Program-made: the position numbers and the translations under genes
NCBI GenBank assembly: GCA_965223265.1
Contig: OZ244999.1
Span: 4,832,001 to 4,896,000 of the forward strand
Length of the DNA: 64,000 nt
DNA from: Planctomycetota bacterium
GTDB taxonomy: Bacteria > Planctomycetota > UBA8108 > SXIK01
Direction of reading: 5' to 3'
The notes under the pieces: generated by a model
Seen by the model: the letters and a program-made list of their open reading frames with translations, nothing else
What the model was told of the DNA's origin: nothing
The model's database searches: none
In this document: positions 20,688 through 30,910 of the stretch, piece by piece
Layout: the number at the start of each line of letters is the position of its first letter
Position numbering within the stretch: position 1 is the first letter of the stretch

Positions 20688-22031
20688 GTGACGCAGAAAA
20701 ACACCCATCCCGGTGCCAGTGAGCGTTCGACACGCAAAGTGGGTCGACGCACCTTCCTGACGACATCCGCCCGCACAACAGCCGGGATCGCCGCTGCAGT
20801 CGCAGCTCCGTCGATCTTGGGTGCCGCCAGCCCGAACGAGACGATCCGCATCGCCGCAGTCGGCGTTCGTGGGCGCGGAAGGAGCCACGCCACGGGTTTC
20901 CCGGACATCAAAGGCGTCGAAACCGCGGCGGTCTGCGACGTCGACACCGAGGTCAGAAATCGCATTGCGGGTATGGTCGAAGAAAAGCAAGGCAAAGCCC
21001 CGCTCAAAGTCGAAGACTTCCGCACCCTCCTCGACGACAAGAGCATCGACGCACTGGTCATCGCAACGCCTGATCATTGGCACGGTCCCGCAACGATCTG
21101 GGGCTGCCAAGCCGGAAAGGATGTCTACGTCGAAAAACCTTGCTCGCACAACTTCCGCGAGGCGCGCCTCATGGTCGAAGCGGCGCGCAAGTACGACCGC
21201 GTCGTCCAACACGGCACGCAGAGCCGCAGCGCCATGCACGTTCAAGATGCGATCGAGTTTCTGCGTTCAGGAAAACTTGGCCGCATCCTGCAGGCGAAGG
21301 CGATCAACTCTCAGCGCCGCAGCAATATCGGTCACAAGACCGATGCCCCGGTGCCCAAGGGGGTCAACTACGATCTCTGGCTCGGACCCGCGGCGTCGCG
21401 TCCGTTCAACCCAAACCGCTTCCACTACAATTGGCACTGGTTTTGGGACTACGGCACGGGCGACATGGGAAACGACGGTGTGCATCAGATCGATATCGCC
21501 AGCTGGGCTCTGGGCGATCCGGATCTGCCGACGTCGATCAGCTGCGGTGGTGGCAAGTTTTACTTCGATGACGATCAGCAGACACCGGACACTCAAAACG
21601 TGTTCTTCAACTACGGCGACGTTTCCCTCGTCTACGAGATGCGCATCTGGACGCCGTACCCCGAGCATGGCGTCGACAACGGCAATGTCTTCTACGGCGA
21701 GAACGGCTACATGGTGCTGCACCGCTCGCGACAGTGGCAGGTCTACTTCAAGGACGGCAAGAAGGGACCCTCCAGCCAGCCGAAAAACAATCGCGGCGTC
21801 GACCACCGCCAAAACTTCATCGACTGCATGCGCTCACGGCAGCGCCCGGTGGCCGACATCGAGATCGGTTTCCGCTCGAGTGCACTGGCGCACTTCGGCA
21901 ACATCGCCTATCGTGTGAAGCGACAGCTCCACTTCGACAAGAGCTCGATGTCCTTCACGGGCGACCCCGAAGCGACGCAGCTTCTCGGCCGTGAGTATCG
22001 CAAAGAGTTCGAAGTTGTTGACGCCGTCTGA
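20688..22031 (+). CDS. Tat-exported Gfo/Idh/MocA oxidoreductase
   Basis: GRRTFL; GVRGRG, ATPDHWH, DVYVEKP, GTQSRS, YDLWLGPA, GDMGNDGVHQID; AAGGAG RBS before GTG. Confidence 0.93.
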   Translation: MTQKNTHPGASERSTRKVGRRTFLTTSARTTAGIAAAVAAPSILGAASPNETIRIAAVGVRGRGRSHATGFPDIKGVETAAVCDVDTEVRNRIAGMVEEKQGKAPLKVEDFRTLLDDKSIDALVIATPDHWHGPATIWGCQAGKDVYVEKPCSHNFREARLMVEAARKYDRVVQHGTQSRSAMHVQDAIEFLRSGKLGRILQAKAINSQRRSNIGHKTDAPVPKGVNYDLWLGPAASRPFNPNRFHYNWHWFWDYGTGDMGNDGVHQIDIASWALGDPDLPTSISCGGGKFYFDDDQQTPDTQNVFFNYGDVSLVYEMRIWTPYPEHGVDNGNVFYGENGYMVLHRSRQWQVYFKDGKKGPSSQPKNNRGVDHRQNFIDCMRSRQRPVADIEIGFRSSALAHFGNIAYRVKRQLHFDKSSMSFTGDPEATQLLGREYRKEFEVVDAV

Positions 22032-22069
22032 CGCGTAGCACTTAGAGTTCTCTAACGACGATCAACGAT

Positions 22070-22114
22070 CGAGGCGACTCTCTTGGAACGTGGGGAGTCG
22101 CCTCGCCTTTTTTT
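22070..22114 (+). terminator. Rho-independent terminator
   Basis: CGAGGCGACTC...GAGTCGCCTCG stem followed by a T7 run, ~40 bp after the stop. Confidence 0.8.
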
Positions 22115-22248
22115 CATGAGCAGTCGTCCCGCGCCGCCGAGTCCCTAGAGACAACTGCACCTGAGGGAAGAATGGCAGCGGAGGACAGACTCACGGTTCA
22201 GCACTTGGACGCTGCGCCAAGGCGTCGAGCGCGGAGGAGCGAGGAGCC

Positions 22249-23022
22249 ATGAACAATGCGCAGCACCGCGGCGACGACCTGCGCGGCCGTGTCGCGCTCG
22301 TCACCGGCGGCTCACGCGGCATCGGACGCGCGTGCTGCCTGCGCTTGGCACGAGCGGGGGCGAGCGTTGCAGTCAACTTCGCACGCCAAGACGTCGCAGC
22401 CGCTGACGTCGTCGACGCGATCCGTTCGGAGGGCGGCACTGCCGCCGCCTTCCAAGCAGACGTCACGTCGGAGAACGCGGTCAAAACTATGGTTGCGGAC
22501 GTCGAACGCGCGCTTGGTCCAATCGACCTCCTCGTCAACAACGCCGGCATCTTTGAGCGCGCATCGCACACTGAGACCACGCCTGAGCTTTGGCGACGCA
22601 CCATTGACACCAACCTCACAGGCGTCTACACGGTCACTTGGGCGGTGAAAGACGGAATGGTGGCGCGCCGGTTTGGCAGCATCGTCAACCTGACATCGGT
22701 CTCGGCGCTGCGTGCGCGTCCAATGTCGATCGCGTACGCTGCAAGCAAGGCCGGAGTCGTGGCACTGACGAAGAGTCTCGCCGAAGCCGTGGCTGGGGAC
22801 GGAGTCCGCGTCAACGCCGTGGCTCCTGGACTGATCGACACTGAGATCCTCGAAGGCGTCGATCAAGGTGTCCTTGACGGCCTCGTCGAGACAACGCCGA
22901 TGAAGCGCATCGGAACTCCGGAAGAGATCGCCGACGTGGTGCATTTTCTCCTCTCGGACGCTTCGCGCTTCATGACCGGGCAGACACTCGTCGCCAGCGG
23001 CGGCCGCGTCATGTTGCCGTGA
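22249..23022 (+). CDS. SDR-family oxidoreductase (FabG-like)
   Basis: TGGSRGIG, NNAG, YAASK, VNAVAPG. Confidence 0.92.
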   Translation: MNNAQHRGDDLRGRVALVTGGSRGIGRACCLRLARAGASVAVNFARQDVAAADVVDAIRSEGGTAAAFQADVTSENAVKTMVADVERALGPIDLLVNNAGIFERASHTETTPELWRRTIDTNLTGVYTVTWAVKDGMVARRFGSIVNLTSVSALRARPMSIAYAASKAGVVALTKSLAEAVAGDGVRVNAVAPGLIDTEILEGVDQGVLDGLVETTPMKRIGTPEEIADVVHFLLSDASRFMTGQTLVASGGRVMLP

Positions 23023-23205
23023 CGGGTCGTGGCTGACAGAGACGCGCCCGCAAATCGCCAATCAAACCGGGACTGACATCGAGAGCGATGAAACGCATGT
23101 GAAGCCTGCGAAGAAAAGGTGAGTCAAGAGCCCGCCGCGTCCGGACGGCGGTACATCACCCCCCGACGCCGCGCGGAGAGCTTGTCAAGAGCGCGAAGCG
23201 CAGAG

Positions 23206-23451
23206 CACGCCCTCGCACACGCCCTCGCCCTCGCCCTCGCCCTCGCCCTCGCCCTCGCCCTCGCCCTCGCCCTCGCACACGCCCTCGCACACGCCCTCGC
23301 ACACGCCCTCGCACACGCCCTCGCACACGCCCTCGCACACGCCCTCGCACACGCCCTCGCCCTCGCACACGCCCTCGCACACGCCCTCGCACACGCCCTC
23401 GCACACGCCCTCGCACACGCCCTCGCACACGCTCACGCACACGCTCACACA
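23206..23451. repeat. Low-complexity tract of (CACGCCCTCGCA)n and (CTCGCC)n leading into the REP array
   Basis: Direct reading of the sequence. Confidence 0.95.
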
Positions 23452-24075
23452 CAAGACCGGACGGCACACGGGAGTGTGCCTGCTACTTTCAGCACACGCA
23501 CACGCACACGCTCACGCCCACGCTCACGCCCACGCTCACGCCCACGCTCACACACAAGACCGGACGGCACACGGGAGTGTGCCTGCTACTTTCAGCACAC
23601 GCACACGCACACGCCCTCGCACACGCCCTCGCACACGCTCACGCACACGCTCACACACAAGACCGGACGGCACACGGGAGTGTGCCTGCTACTTTCAGCA
23701 CACGCACACGCACACGCTCACGCTCACGCTCACGCTCACACACAAGACCGGACGGCACACGGGAGTGTGCCTGCTACTTTCAGCACACGCACACGCACAC
23801 GCACACGCACACGCACACGCACACGCACAAGACCGGACGGCACACGGGAGTGTGCCTGCTACTTTCAGCACACGCACACGTACACGCTCACGCACACGCT
23901 CACGCTCACACACAAGACCGGACGGCACACGGGAGTGTGCCTGCTACTTTCAGCACACGCACACGCACACGCACACGCACACGCACACGCACACGCTCAC
24001 GCCCACACACAAGACCGGACGGCACACGGGAGTGTGCCTGCTACTTTCAGCACACGCACACGCACACGCACACGC
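23452..24075. repeat. Array of 7 identical ~41-bp GTAG-REP units separated by variable hexamer tracts (CACACG/CTCACG/CCCACG)
   Basis: CAAGACCGGACGGCACACGGGAGTGTGCCTGCTACTTTCAG starts at 23452, 23555, 23658, 23743, 23828, 23913, 24010; minus strand reads GTAG-CA-GGCACAC-TCCC-GTGTGCC. Confidence 0.93.
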
Positions 24076-24146
24076 GATCCCGCGCGCGTCTCTCTTGCAA
24101 CAACGGGGCGCGAGTCAAGATGCAAGCGCGACGGTGCTCCCGTCCG

Positions 24147-25184
24147 TCAGAACGATTGGCACCACGCGGCGATGAGCTCGTCCACACTACCGGGCGGCTG
24201 TTCCATCAGCCTGACGACCGCGTCTCGCTGTCGTGCGCGCTCCGTCGCGTCCAAATACTCAAGCGGTGATCTGCCTTCCACCCGAGCCAGAAGGCAAGCG
24301 AGCGTGTGGTGCACCGCACGCTGTTCAAATCCTTCCTGCCACTTCACTTCTCCCAGCGCGATGAGGTACGCCTGCCAGTAACTGCGCGTTGCGGCTGCGA
24401 ACGCGCCCCGGTGTGCGGGCAAGTGATGCGCCTTGCTGAGAAAGTGCGTCATCGAGAAGCCCAGATCAAACGCCGGCTCTCCGAAATGAATCACCTCATG
24501 GTCGAGAAGGACGATTTGGCCCGCGTGGATGAGAACGTTCTTGGGGCTGTAGTCGCCATGCACAAGCGCGTCGCTCCGCGCCCGAGTTTCCTTCATGAGG
24601 CGGCGAAGAAACGGCGCCGCATCGGCAACCTGCTCGGCGGCGTAGCCGTAGTAGGGCTCGAGTCGCAGGGACTCGAAGTACGACCGATCGGCGAAATCGG
24701 CGGCGAGATCGTCGTGGAGGTCAGGATCGGCGCCGTGGATGCGTCCAAGGAGGCGACCGAACTGCTCGACGTAATCGGAGTTGATGTTCCCCGCCAGGAG
24801 GAGCGTCTTCCAATTGTCGTGAGGCTCCGGAACGGCCTCCATGGCGACGATATGGTGCTCCTCGTCGTAGAAGATGAGCGGTGTGATGGCGCCATGCGGC
24901 GCCAGGCGAGCCAGCCAGCGCAGGCCTTCGGCTTCGCGCTCGGCCCGTCCCGGGTCGCTGAACCAATCAACGTCGACTCGGAGCTTTTCCAGAGCCTGTT
25001 TCACGACCCACACCTCCCCCGTCTCCCGCGTCACCTTGAGGGTCCGATTGGAGACGCCACCGTCGAGGCGTTCGACCTGAACGCGTTCGTCCACGCCGAG
25101 GTGCCGCGTCTGCCGCAAGTAGCGCTCGAGCGCTCCGGGTTGTTCGATGTCGTCGACAGCTCTCAACTGACTCCACTCCTCCAT
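24147..25184 (-). CDS. Aminoglycoside phosphotransferase / methylthioribose kinase-like kinase
   Basis: [37 protein letters not shown]; start uncertain. Confidence 0.85.
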   Translation of the reverse strand: MEEWSQLRAVDDIEQPGALERYLRQTRHLGVDERVQVERLDGGVSNRTLKVTRETGEVWVVKQALEKLRVDVDWFSDPGRAEREAEGLRWLARLAPHGAITPLIFYDEEHHIVAMEAVPEPHDNWKTLLLAGNINSDYVEQFGRLLGRIHGADPDLHDDLAADFADRSYFESLRLEPYYGYAAEQVADAAPFLRRLMKETRARSDALVHGDYSPKNVLIHAGQIVLLDHEVIHFGEPAFDLGFSMTHFLSKAHHLPAHRGAFAAATRSYWQAYLIALGEVKWQEGFEQRAVHHTLACLLARVEGRSPLEYLDATERARQRDAVVRLMEQPPGSVDELIAAWCQSF

Positions 25185-25325
25185 CGTGTGGCAAAACTCG
25201 TGGTTCGTAGCGCCACATGATGCGCCATCGACGGCGCCGACGGAAGAGTTTGATGCGAGGAGAATGCGCCCAGCTGACAAGGCGTGTGGCTCTTGTCCGA
25301 TCGGAGTCGGACGCGGCAGCACGCT

Positions 25326-26471
25326 TCAGCGCTCGTCAACGGGTAGCCACTTGCATCCAGAGGCACCCACATATCTTGACAAGGGCCGAATGAGTTCATC
25401 CGCCGCTACCTGCTCATAGCAGTGTGCGGTCCAGCCAGCGACCCGAGCGACGGCAAAGGTCGGAGTGAAGAGGCCGGGATCGAACCCGAGTCCGTGAAGA
25501 AGAAGCGCGGTGTAGAACTCAACGTTAGTGTCGAGGCCGCGACCCGGTTTGTACTCCGCCAGCAGGCGTACGGCAGTGCCTTCACAATCCTTCGCCAGCT
25601 CGTAGAGTCCAACGTCGCCGTCGCGCGCATAGAGCCTCTCGGCAGCGGCGGCGAGCACGTCGGCGCGAGGATCGCGGACCTTGTAGACGCGATGGCCGAA
25701 TCCCATGAGGCGTTCGCCGCGCTCGAGCTTGGCGCGCAAATACGGTTCTGCGTTCTCCGCGTTTCCGATTTCGAACACCATATCGAGCGCCGGACCCGGT
25801 GCGCCGCCGTGCCGCGGTCCTTTGAGCGCGCCGACGGCTCCGCAAATCGCCGAGACAAAGTCGGAGTCCGTAGCGGTGATGACTCGCGCGGTGAAGGTCG
25901 ACGCATTGAAACCATGGTCAGAGACCGTATTGAGATACGTCTCGAGAGCGCGCGTCCGGGCGGCACTCGGCACGTCGCCGGAGAGCATGAACAGATAGTT
26001 CGCAGCATGCCCGAGATCCGGGTTGGGCGTGATCGGTTCGTGACCGCGTCGCAAGCGGTCGTACGCGGCGACGACGGTGGGCAGCCGCGCGACGAGCCGC
26101 TTGGCGAGTTCATCAGCCTCGCGATCGGCGGGCGCAACGTCGATGTCAAGAGCACCGACGGCGAGCCGCAGCGCGTCGATCGGAGGCGTTTGGGCAGTAG
26201 GGGCCTGACGGAGCGAGTGCGTGACAACCGCCGGCAGAGCGCGTCGGTCGCGAAGCTCGTCAGCAAACCTCGCCAGCTCGTCACGTCGAGGCAACTCCTC
26301 GTTCCAAAGGAGCCAAACCATCTCTTCGAACGAAGCTCGCGGCGCGACTTCCTCGACGTCGAAGCCGCGGAGCGTGAGGCGCCCCTTCTCGCCGTCGATG
26401 TGGCTGACACGCGTCTCAGCGGCGACAACGCCTCGCAGGCCCGGGCGATAGACGATCGATGCGGAGCTCAT
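25326..26471 (-). CDS. Citrate/2-methylcitrate synthase
   Basis: GLRGV, DHGFNASTF, KGPRHGGA, MGFGHRVYKVRDPRA, NVEFY. Confidence 0.92.
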   Translation of the reverse strand: MSSASIVYRPGLRGVVAAETRVSHIDGEKGRLTLRGFDVEEVAPRASFEEMVWLLWNEELPRRDELARFADELRDRRALPAVVTHSLRQAPTAQTPPIDALRLAVGALDIDVAPADREADELAKRLVARLPTVVAAYDRLRRGHEPITPNPDLGHAANYLFMLSGDVPSAARTRALETYLNTVSDHGFNASTFTARVITATDSDFVSAICGAVGALKGPRHGGAPGPALDMVFEIGNAENAEPYLRAKLERGERLMGFGHRVYKVRDPRADVLAAAAERLYARDGDVGLYELAKDCEGTAVRLLAEYKPGRGLDTNVEFYTALLLHGLGFDPGLFTPTFAVARVAGWTAHCYEQVAADELIRPLSRYVGASGCKWLPVDER

Positions 26472-26523
26472 AAGTCCTCCTGGTCCAAAAAAGGGGCTTG
26501 ATCTGGCCTCCAGAATAGAAGAG

Positions 26524-26565
26524 CATTATATGTTGTCTATATTGATTTTTTCATCCAGTATGACT
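26524..26565. promoter_or_regulatory. AT-rich divergent promoter/operator segment between the two citrate synthase-family genes
   Basis: ATTATATGTTGTCTATATTGATTTTTTCATCCAGTATGA in a GC-rich background. Confidence 0.5.
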
Positions 26566-26642
26566 AGTCGACGGTGAAAACTGCCACCGCCGCGCCCTTT
26601 TGACAAAGGGCTTCGATAAAGACTTCCGAATGAAGACTTCCG

Positions 26643-27899
26643 ATGAAGACAGAGTCGACGAAACAGTATCTCACGGCTGCCCAGGCGTCGGCGGAACTGG
26701 GCATCGCGCGCGAGACACTGTATGCCTACGTCAGTCGCGGCTGGATCCGCTCCGAGGCGACCGCGGGGCCGTCGCGCGCTCGCCGCTACCGTGCCTCGGA
26801 CGTGGCGGCGCTCAAGCGGCGCAAGACACTCAGACGTCACCCCGAAGAGGCAGCACGCGCGGCGCTGCACTTCGGTGACTCGGTTCTCGACTCCGGCATC
26901 ACGCTCATTGACTCGGGCAACCTCTACTATCGCGGCGAAGACGCCATTGTCCTTGCCACAACGTATGACTTCGAAGACGTCGCCGCTCTTCTTTGGAACG
27001 TCCCGAACACCGATGGCCAGCTCTTCGACGGCGCCGACGATAACAGTGAGGACGATACCATTGAGCGGCATCTTCAAGCCGTGCGGTCGGCAGCCGACGT
27101 CGGGCATTCCGAGCTGTCGCCGCTCGAGGTCCTGCAGCTTCTTCTGCCACTCGACGCCGCCAGCCATCTGCCGGCCTACAACCTGACGCGCGACGCCGTG
27201 GCTCGCACCGGCGTCCGACTCCTTCACTGCATGTGCACAGCAGCCACGGGCGCGTGGCCGCGCTACAGCATCGCGGAGTCACTCCAACGCGCTTGGCTTC
27301 CAGACGCTGTCGACGCGACTCGCATCTTCAATAGCGTCTTGATTCTCTGCGCCGATCATGAACTGAACGTATCGACGTTCGCGGCACGCTGCGTCGCTTC
27401 GGCAGGGGCCCCGCCTCACGCTGCGGTGCAGGCAGGCGTCGCGGCAATGCAAGGGCCACGCCATGGCGGTGCCTCTCGCCGGGTCGAAGCTTTCTTCGAC
27501 GAAGCCAGAGACGACCCCGAGCGAGTCGTCCACGACAGACTGCGACGCGGCGAGACGCTGCCGGGCTTCGCGCATCCACTTTACCCGGGCGGCGACCCGC
27601 GCGGCGCCTGCGTCATGGAGCTGGTCGCCAAAACTCTCGCCGAACACGCCGCGGCGCAGAGAGCTCTCAAAATCGCGGCGATCGTCGAAGCCAGCGTCGG
27701 CCTGCGCCCCAACATCGACTTCGGCCTGGTAACGGTTGCCGAGGCGCTCGAGCTGCCGCGCGGCACGGCGCTCACGCTCTTCTCCCTCGGTCGCATCGCC
27801 GGCTGGGTCGCGCACATCATGGAACAGTACGACGCCGGCAGAATGATTCGGCCACGGGCCCGCTATATCGGTCCGAGTCCCGCCGTCAGCAGCTCATGA
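26643..27899 (+). CDS. Citrate synthase-like protein with N-terminal HTH (probable regulator)
   Basis: YLTAAQASAELGIARETLYAYVSRG HTH; ADHELNVSTF, GPRHGGA, PGFAHPLY, NIDF. Confidence 0.88.
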   Translation: MKTESTKQYLTAAQASAELGIARETLYAYVSRGWIRSEATAGPSRARRYRASDVAALKRRKTLRRHPEEAARAALHFGDSVLDSGITLIDSGNLYYRGEDAIVLATTYDFEDVAALLWNVPNTDGQLFDGADDNSEDDTIERHLQAVRSAADVGHSELSPLEVLQLLLPLDAASHLPAYNLTRDAVARTGVRLLHCMCTAATGAWPRYSIAESLQRAWLPDAVDATRIFNSVLILCADHELNVSTFAARCVASAGAPPHAAVQAGVAAMQGPRHGGASRRVEAFFDEARDDPERVVHDRLRRGETLPGFAHPLYPGGDPRGACVMELVAKTLAEHAAAQRALKIAAIVEASVGLRPNIDFGLVTVAEALELPRGTALTLFSLGRIAGWVAHIMEQYDAGRMIRPRARYIGPSPAVSSS

Positions 27900-27924
27900 C
27901 GGCTGACGGGGGAACACTCCACCG

Positions 27925-28278
27925 TCACGACCACTGGCGAAAGATCACGCACACGGTGGTCTGATCGAGGACCGCAAACTCTTTCGCGCCCCACGGCTTC
28001 TCACTCACCTGACGGGAGTTGGGATGGAGCATCTCAGGTCGCTTGGAGGCGACCTCCGCGTAGATCGCCTCGATGTCATCCGTCTCGATCGCGATCTCCG
28101 GGCGGTCTTTGGCAGCGAACTGCGCATCCTCAACGAGGTAGGCCTTGGCTCCGTCCCTTTCGACGACCGCGAGGTTCCCGTCGCGATGGACCACCGTGAA
28201 ACCGAGACAATCGACGAACAGGTCGAAGGCATCGTCCATCTTGTCGAAAAAGAGCTTTGGAATCAGTTTGGTCAACAT
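27925..28278 (-). CDS. VOC/glyoxalase family protein
   Basis: FVDCLGF, IAIETDDIEAIY, KPWGAKEFAVLD. Confidence 0.85.
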   Translation of the reverse strand: MLTKLIPKLFFDKMDDAFDLFVDCLGFTVVHRDGNLAVVERDGAKAYLVEDAQFAAKDRPEIAIETDDIEAIYAEVASKRPEMLHPNSRQVSEKPWGAKEFAVLDQTTVCVIFRQWS

Positions 28279-28552
28279 GGCTCACTTCGCCTTTGCGATC
28301 GACGGGATTCTAGCTCGAGTTTGGCCATTTCGCACCGACCTGGCCGGACGAGTTTGCGGGGATTCGAAGGCCTTTTGGACTTTTTTCTACCCTGAGAATC
28401 CTTGTGCCTGTTGAAAAACTCCTGTCCGGGCCTTCGAGGAACGCAAGGAGCGCCAATGCCCGCGACCGTCCTCCGCCACAATCGAGGCAGGATTGCGTTG
28501 TCGTCGCTCCTTGGCCTCGACGCGAAACGGCCAAACGCCAGTATAGAGAGGG

Positions 28553-28912
28553 TCATCCACTCCGCCCAAATGCCGTTTGGATCAACTCAACCTCTTGGGC
28601 ATCCATGAAGATCTGCCAGTGGACTGGCTGCTGCTGAGGTGATCCGTCTGACCGCGGATTCACCAGTCGTGTTCTGATGACACCCTTGACCAAAATCCGA
28701 GCTCCGGGCTCGCAACTCTGGACGGCTTCTCCGGACAAGTTGAAAGCCCCTGTCGCCCCATCGAGATCGAGCACAAACGGGAAGACAGATTTTCCGCCAG
28801 GCTGTCGAATGGTTCCTGAAAGTGTCTGAAGTTCGTCAGTCGTCGTCGGGCTTTTGGCGGAGCACGAAAGTGCCGCGAGTCCGAAGAGCATCACCAGTAT
28901 AGACTTGTTCAT
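28553..28912 (-). CDS. Hypothetical lipoprotein
   Basis: MNKSILVMLFGLAALSC lipobox; GGAGG RBS. Confidence 0.65.
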   Translation of the reverse strand: MNKSILVMLFGLAALSCSAKSPTTTDELQTLSGTIRQPGGKSVFPFVLDLDGATGAFNLSGEAVQSCEPGARILVKGVIRTRLVNPRSDGSPQQQPVHWQIFMDAQEVELIQTAFGRSG

Positions 28913-29023
28913 GTATGCCTCCGTCGTGCCGAAAAACCACAGAATAGCCTCAGCAAAAGTTCATGTCACACATCCAATTCGCAGGGCTGTTGCCCGTCAC
29001 CGGCGCAGAAGCTCGTCGAAGCG

Positions 29024-30697
29024 TCACCACCGCAGAAGCTCGCCGAGCGAGAACTTCTCGAAGACGACGTCGGCGCGGCTGCCCTCGTAGACGAGGCCAA
29101 CGTGCTGCTCATCGACTCGCGTGATGCTTGGGTAGCCACGCCCGCGCCCGACGTCGAGGAGCAAGCGATACTTCTCGGGCCAAGTCTTGCCTTCGTCGAA
29201 GCTGACCTGAATCGTGTGATGATGGCGGCCATCCTTGGCTTGCGGGTTTGCGAAGAGGAGCACCGACTTGGCAGAACCGCCCTCCTCGTAGTCGAAGCGG
29301 TAGAGGCTGCCGTTACAGCCTGGCTCGATCAGCGTGTTGAGATGCGTGGCGTGCGGCTTCCACGTCGCACCGCAGTTGGCGGTCACGTAGACACCTCGAT
29401 ATCCCGACTTGGTGTCCGTGCGCATGTTGAGCATCAGCGAGCCATCTTTGAGCTCCACGGCTTGGCACTCGTTTCCATCGCTAAAGGCCGGCGCCGACAC
29501 GGTCCAAGACACCCCATGATCGCTGCTATACATGATGTTCGCGAACGGTCGTCCCGTCGCGTCGCGCCCCTCGGTCGGCATGACGAGCGTTCCATCGCTG
29601 AGCGCAATGCCTTGGCTTGGCGACGGTGCGAAGAGCCACCATTCGGGCTTTTTGAGCTTGCGCGTCAGATTCTCGGGCGGCGACCACGTCAGGCCGTCGT
29701 CGCTCGACCTGACCATGAGGAACTGTGCCGACTTGCCGATTTCGAAGCCAGGCTCCGAACCGTCGCCTACCCACTGATGCTTGCCGGGCTTGCCCCACAT
29801 CCACACTGCGAAGCAGAAGATTTCTCCAGTCGCTGGGTCGACGACGATGCCCGGATCGCTGCAACCGTTCTGTTCTTCGGGCAGCTTCCCCCACGTGCCC
29901 ATGTCCATGATGACCCGCGGTGCCTCCCACGTCTGACCGCCGTCAACGCTGCGGCTAAGGCCAATGTCAATATCCTCCTGGAGGTCGCGCGACTTGCGCC
30001 GTCGCATGTCGTAGACCGCAAGCAGGCTTCCTTTCTTGGTCGTGGTGAGCGCCGGAATACGGTAGGTGTGCACGCCGTCGTCGTAGTGACGCCGTAGCGC
30101 CACCCCGATGCGCTTGCGCACTCCCGGTGTCGAATCCTTCGCGCTGAGCTCTCCGGACGTCGTCACGAACGAAGTACACTCCGCGTCCACCTTGTGCGTC
30201 AGGTTCGCCGTCGGCTTCAAGCGACACGAGAGCCAAAAGGCGTGACGTCCCGGTCGTAGCTCGTAGCTGGTTTGAAACGTAATGCTCCGGGCCGGCGGCT
30301 GCGGCTCGCCGAGTCGCCTCTGCGTCGAGAATCCCTCCTCGTTGCCGGTCGCAAACAGCGTCAAGGCATCGACGTCGCCGAGGTCATCCGTCCCGTCGAG
30401 CGAAAACGTCAGCGAAGTCACACGCAGTCCGAGCCGCCTCGCACCGATCTCGCAGGTGAGTCGAAGGAGCGGATTGTGCGCATTTCGGATGAGGACTGGA
30501 TGAACACGCTGCGACGACGTGAGCTGGCCCGGGTCTTCAGCGCCAAACGCCGGGTGCAGCGGTGCCAGGAGCACCGTTAGACCGATCAGGACTCGCCACG
30601 CGCACCACCGCGACCGATTCGTCCGCCGGACGCTGCTCGAACCCATCCAATACTCGCCGCCGCCCCACCCGCTCGCCCTTTCGCTCAAGTTTCTCAT
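29024..30697 (-). CDS. GH33 exo-alpha-sialidase with N-terminal accessory domain
   Basis: YRIP motif; Asp-boxes SVDGGQTW, SSDDGLTW, SSDHGVSW, SFDEGKTW; GNECQAVEL; GYPS. Confidence 0.9.
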   Translation of the reverse strand: MRNLSERASGWGGGEYWMGSSSVRRTNRSRWCAWRVLIGLTVLLAPLHPAFGAEDPGQLTSSQRVHPVLIRNAHNPLLRLTCEIGARRLGLRVTSLTFSLDGTDDLGDVDALTLFATGNEEGFSTQRRLGEPQPPARSITFQTSYELRPGRHAFWLSCRLKPTANLTHKVDAECTSFVTTSGELSAKDSTPGVRKRIGVALRRHYDDGVHTYRIPALTTTKKGSLLAVYDMRRRKSRDLQEDIDIGLSRSVDGGQTWEAPRVIMDMGTWGKLPEEQNGCSDPGIVVDPATGEIFCFAVWMWGKPGKHQWVGDGSEPGFEIGKSAQFLMVRSSDDGLTWSPPENLTRKLKKPEWWLFAPSPSQGIALSDGTLVMPTEGRDATGRPFANIMYSSDHGVSWTVSAPAFSDGNECQAVELKDGSLMLNMRTDTKSGYRGVYVTANCGATWKPHATHLNTLIEPGCNGSLYRFDYEEGGSAKSVLLFANPQAKDGRHHHTIQVSFDEGKTWPEKYRLLLDVGRGRGYPSITRVDEQHVGLVYEGSRADVVFEKFSLGELLRW

Positions 30698-30910
30698 GTG
30701 CCCTTCCTGTCCTCTCGATGAGCCAGGGAGAGCTCAACGCGGGACACAACGCAACGCGTCCCGCTTTGTTCGCGTCGATGCACGCAACTCCGCCTGCCTC
30801 CAGCCGCGTTCAGTGTGAACAGGAAGCTGAGGAGAAGCAACCCTACCGCCGCCGGTTTCATGGGCTCGTCCGCCATATCCCCTGGCACCGATCACCGGCG
30901 GCAGCAGGGA

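Noticed and set aside
23452-24075. True CRISPR array
   Set aside because: Spacers are low-complexity hexamer strings, the repeat core matches REPs dispersed elsewhere in the window, and no cas genes are visible
23119-24381. His/Ala-rich ORFs (420, 233, 230 aa) and opposite-strand VCEG/RVRG ORFs
   Set aside because: Open frames are a by-product of stop-free repeats; no clear RBS, and the longest overlaps the convergent kinase gene
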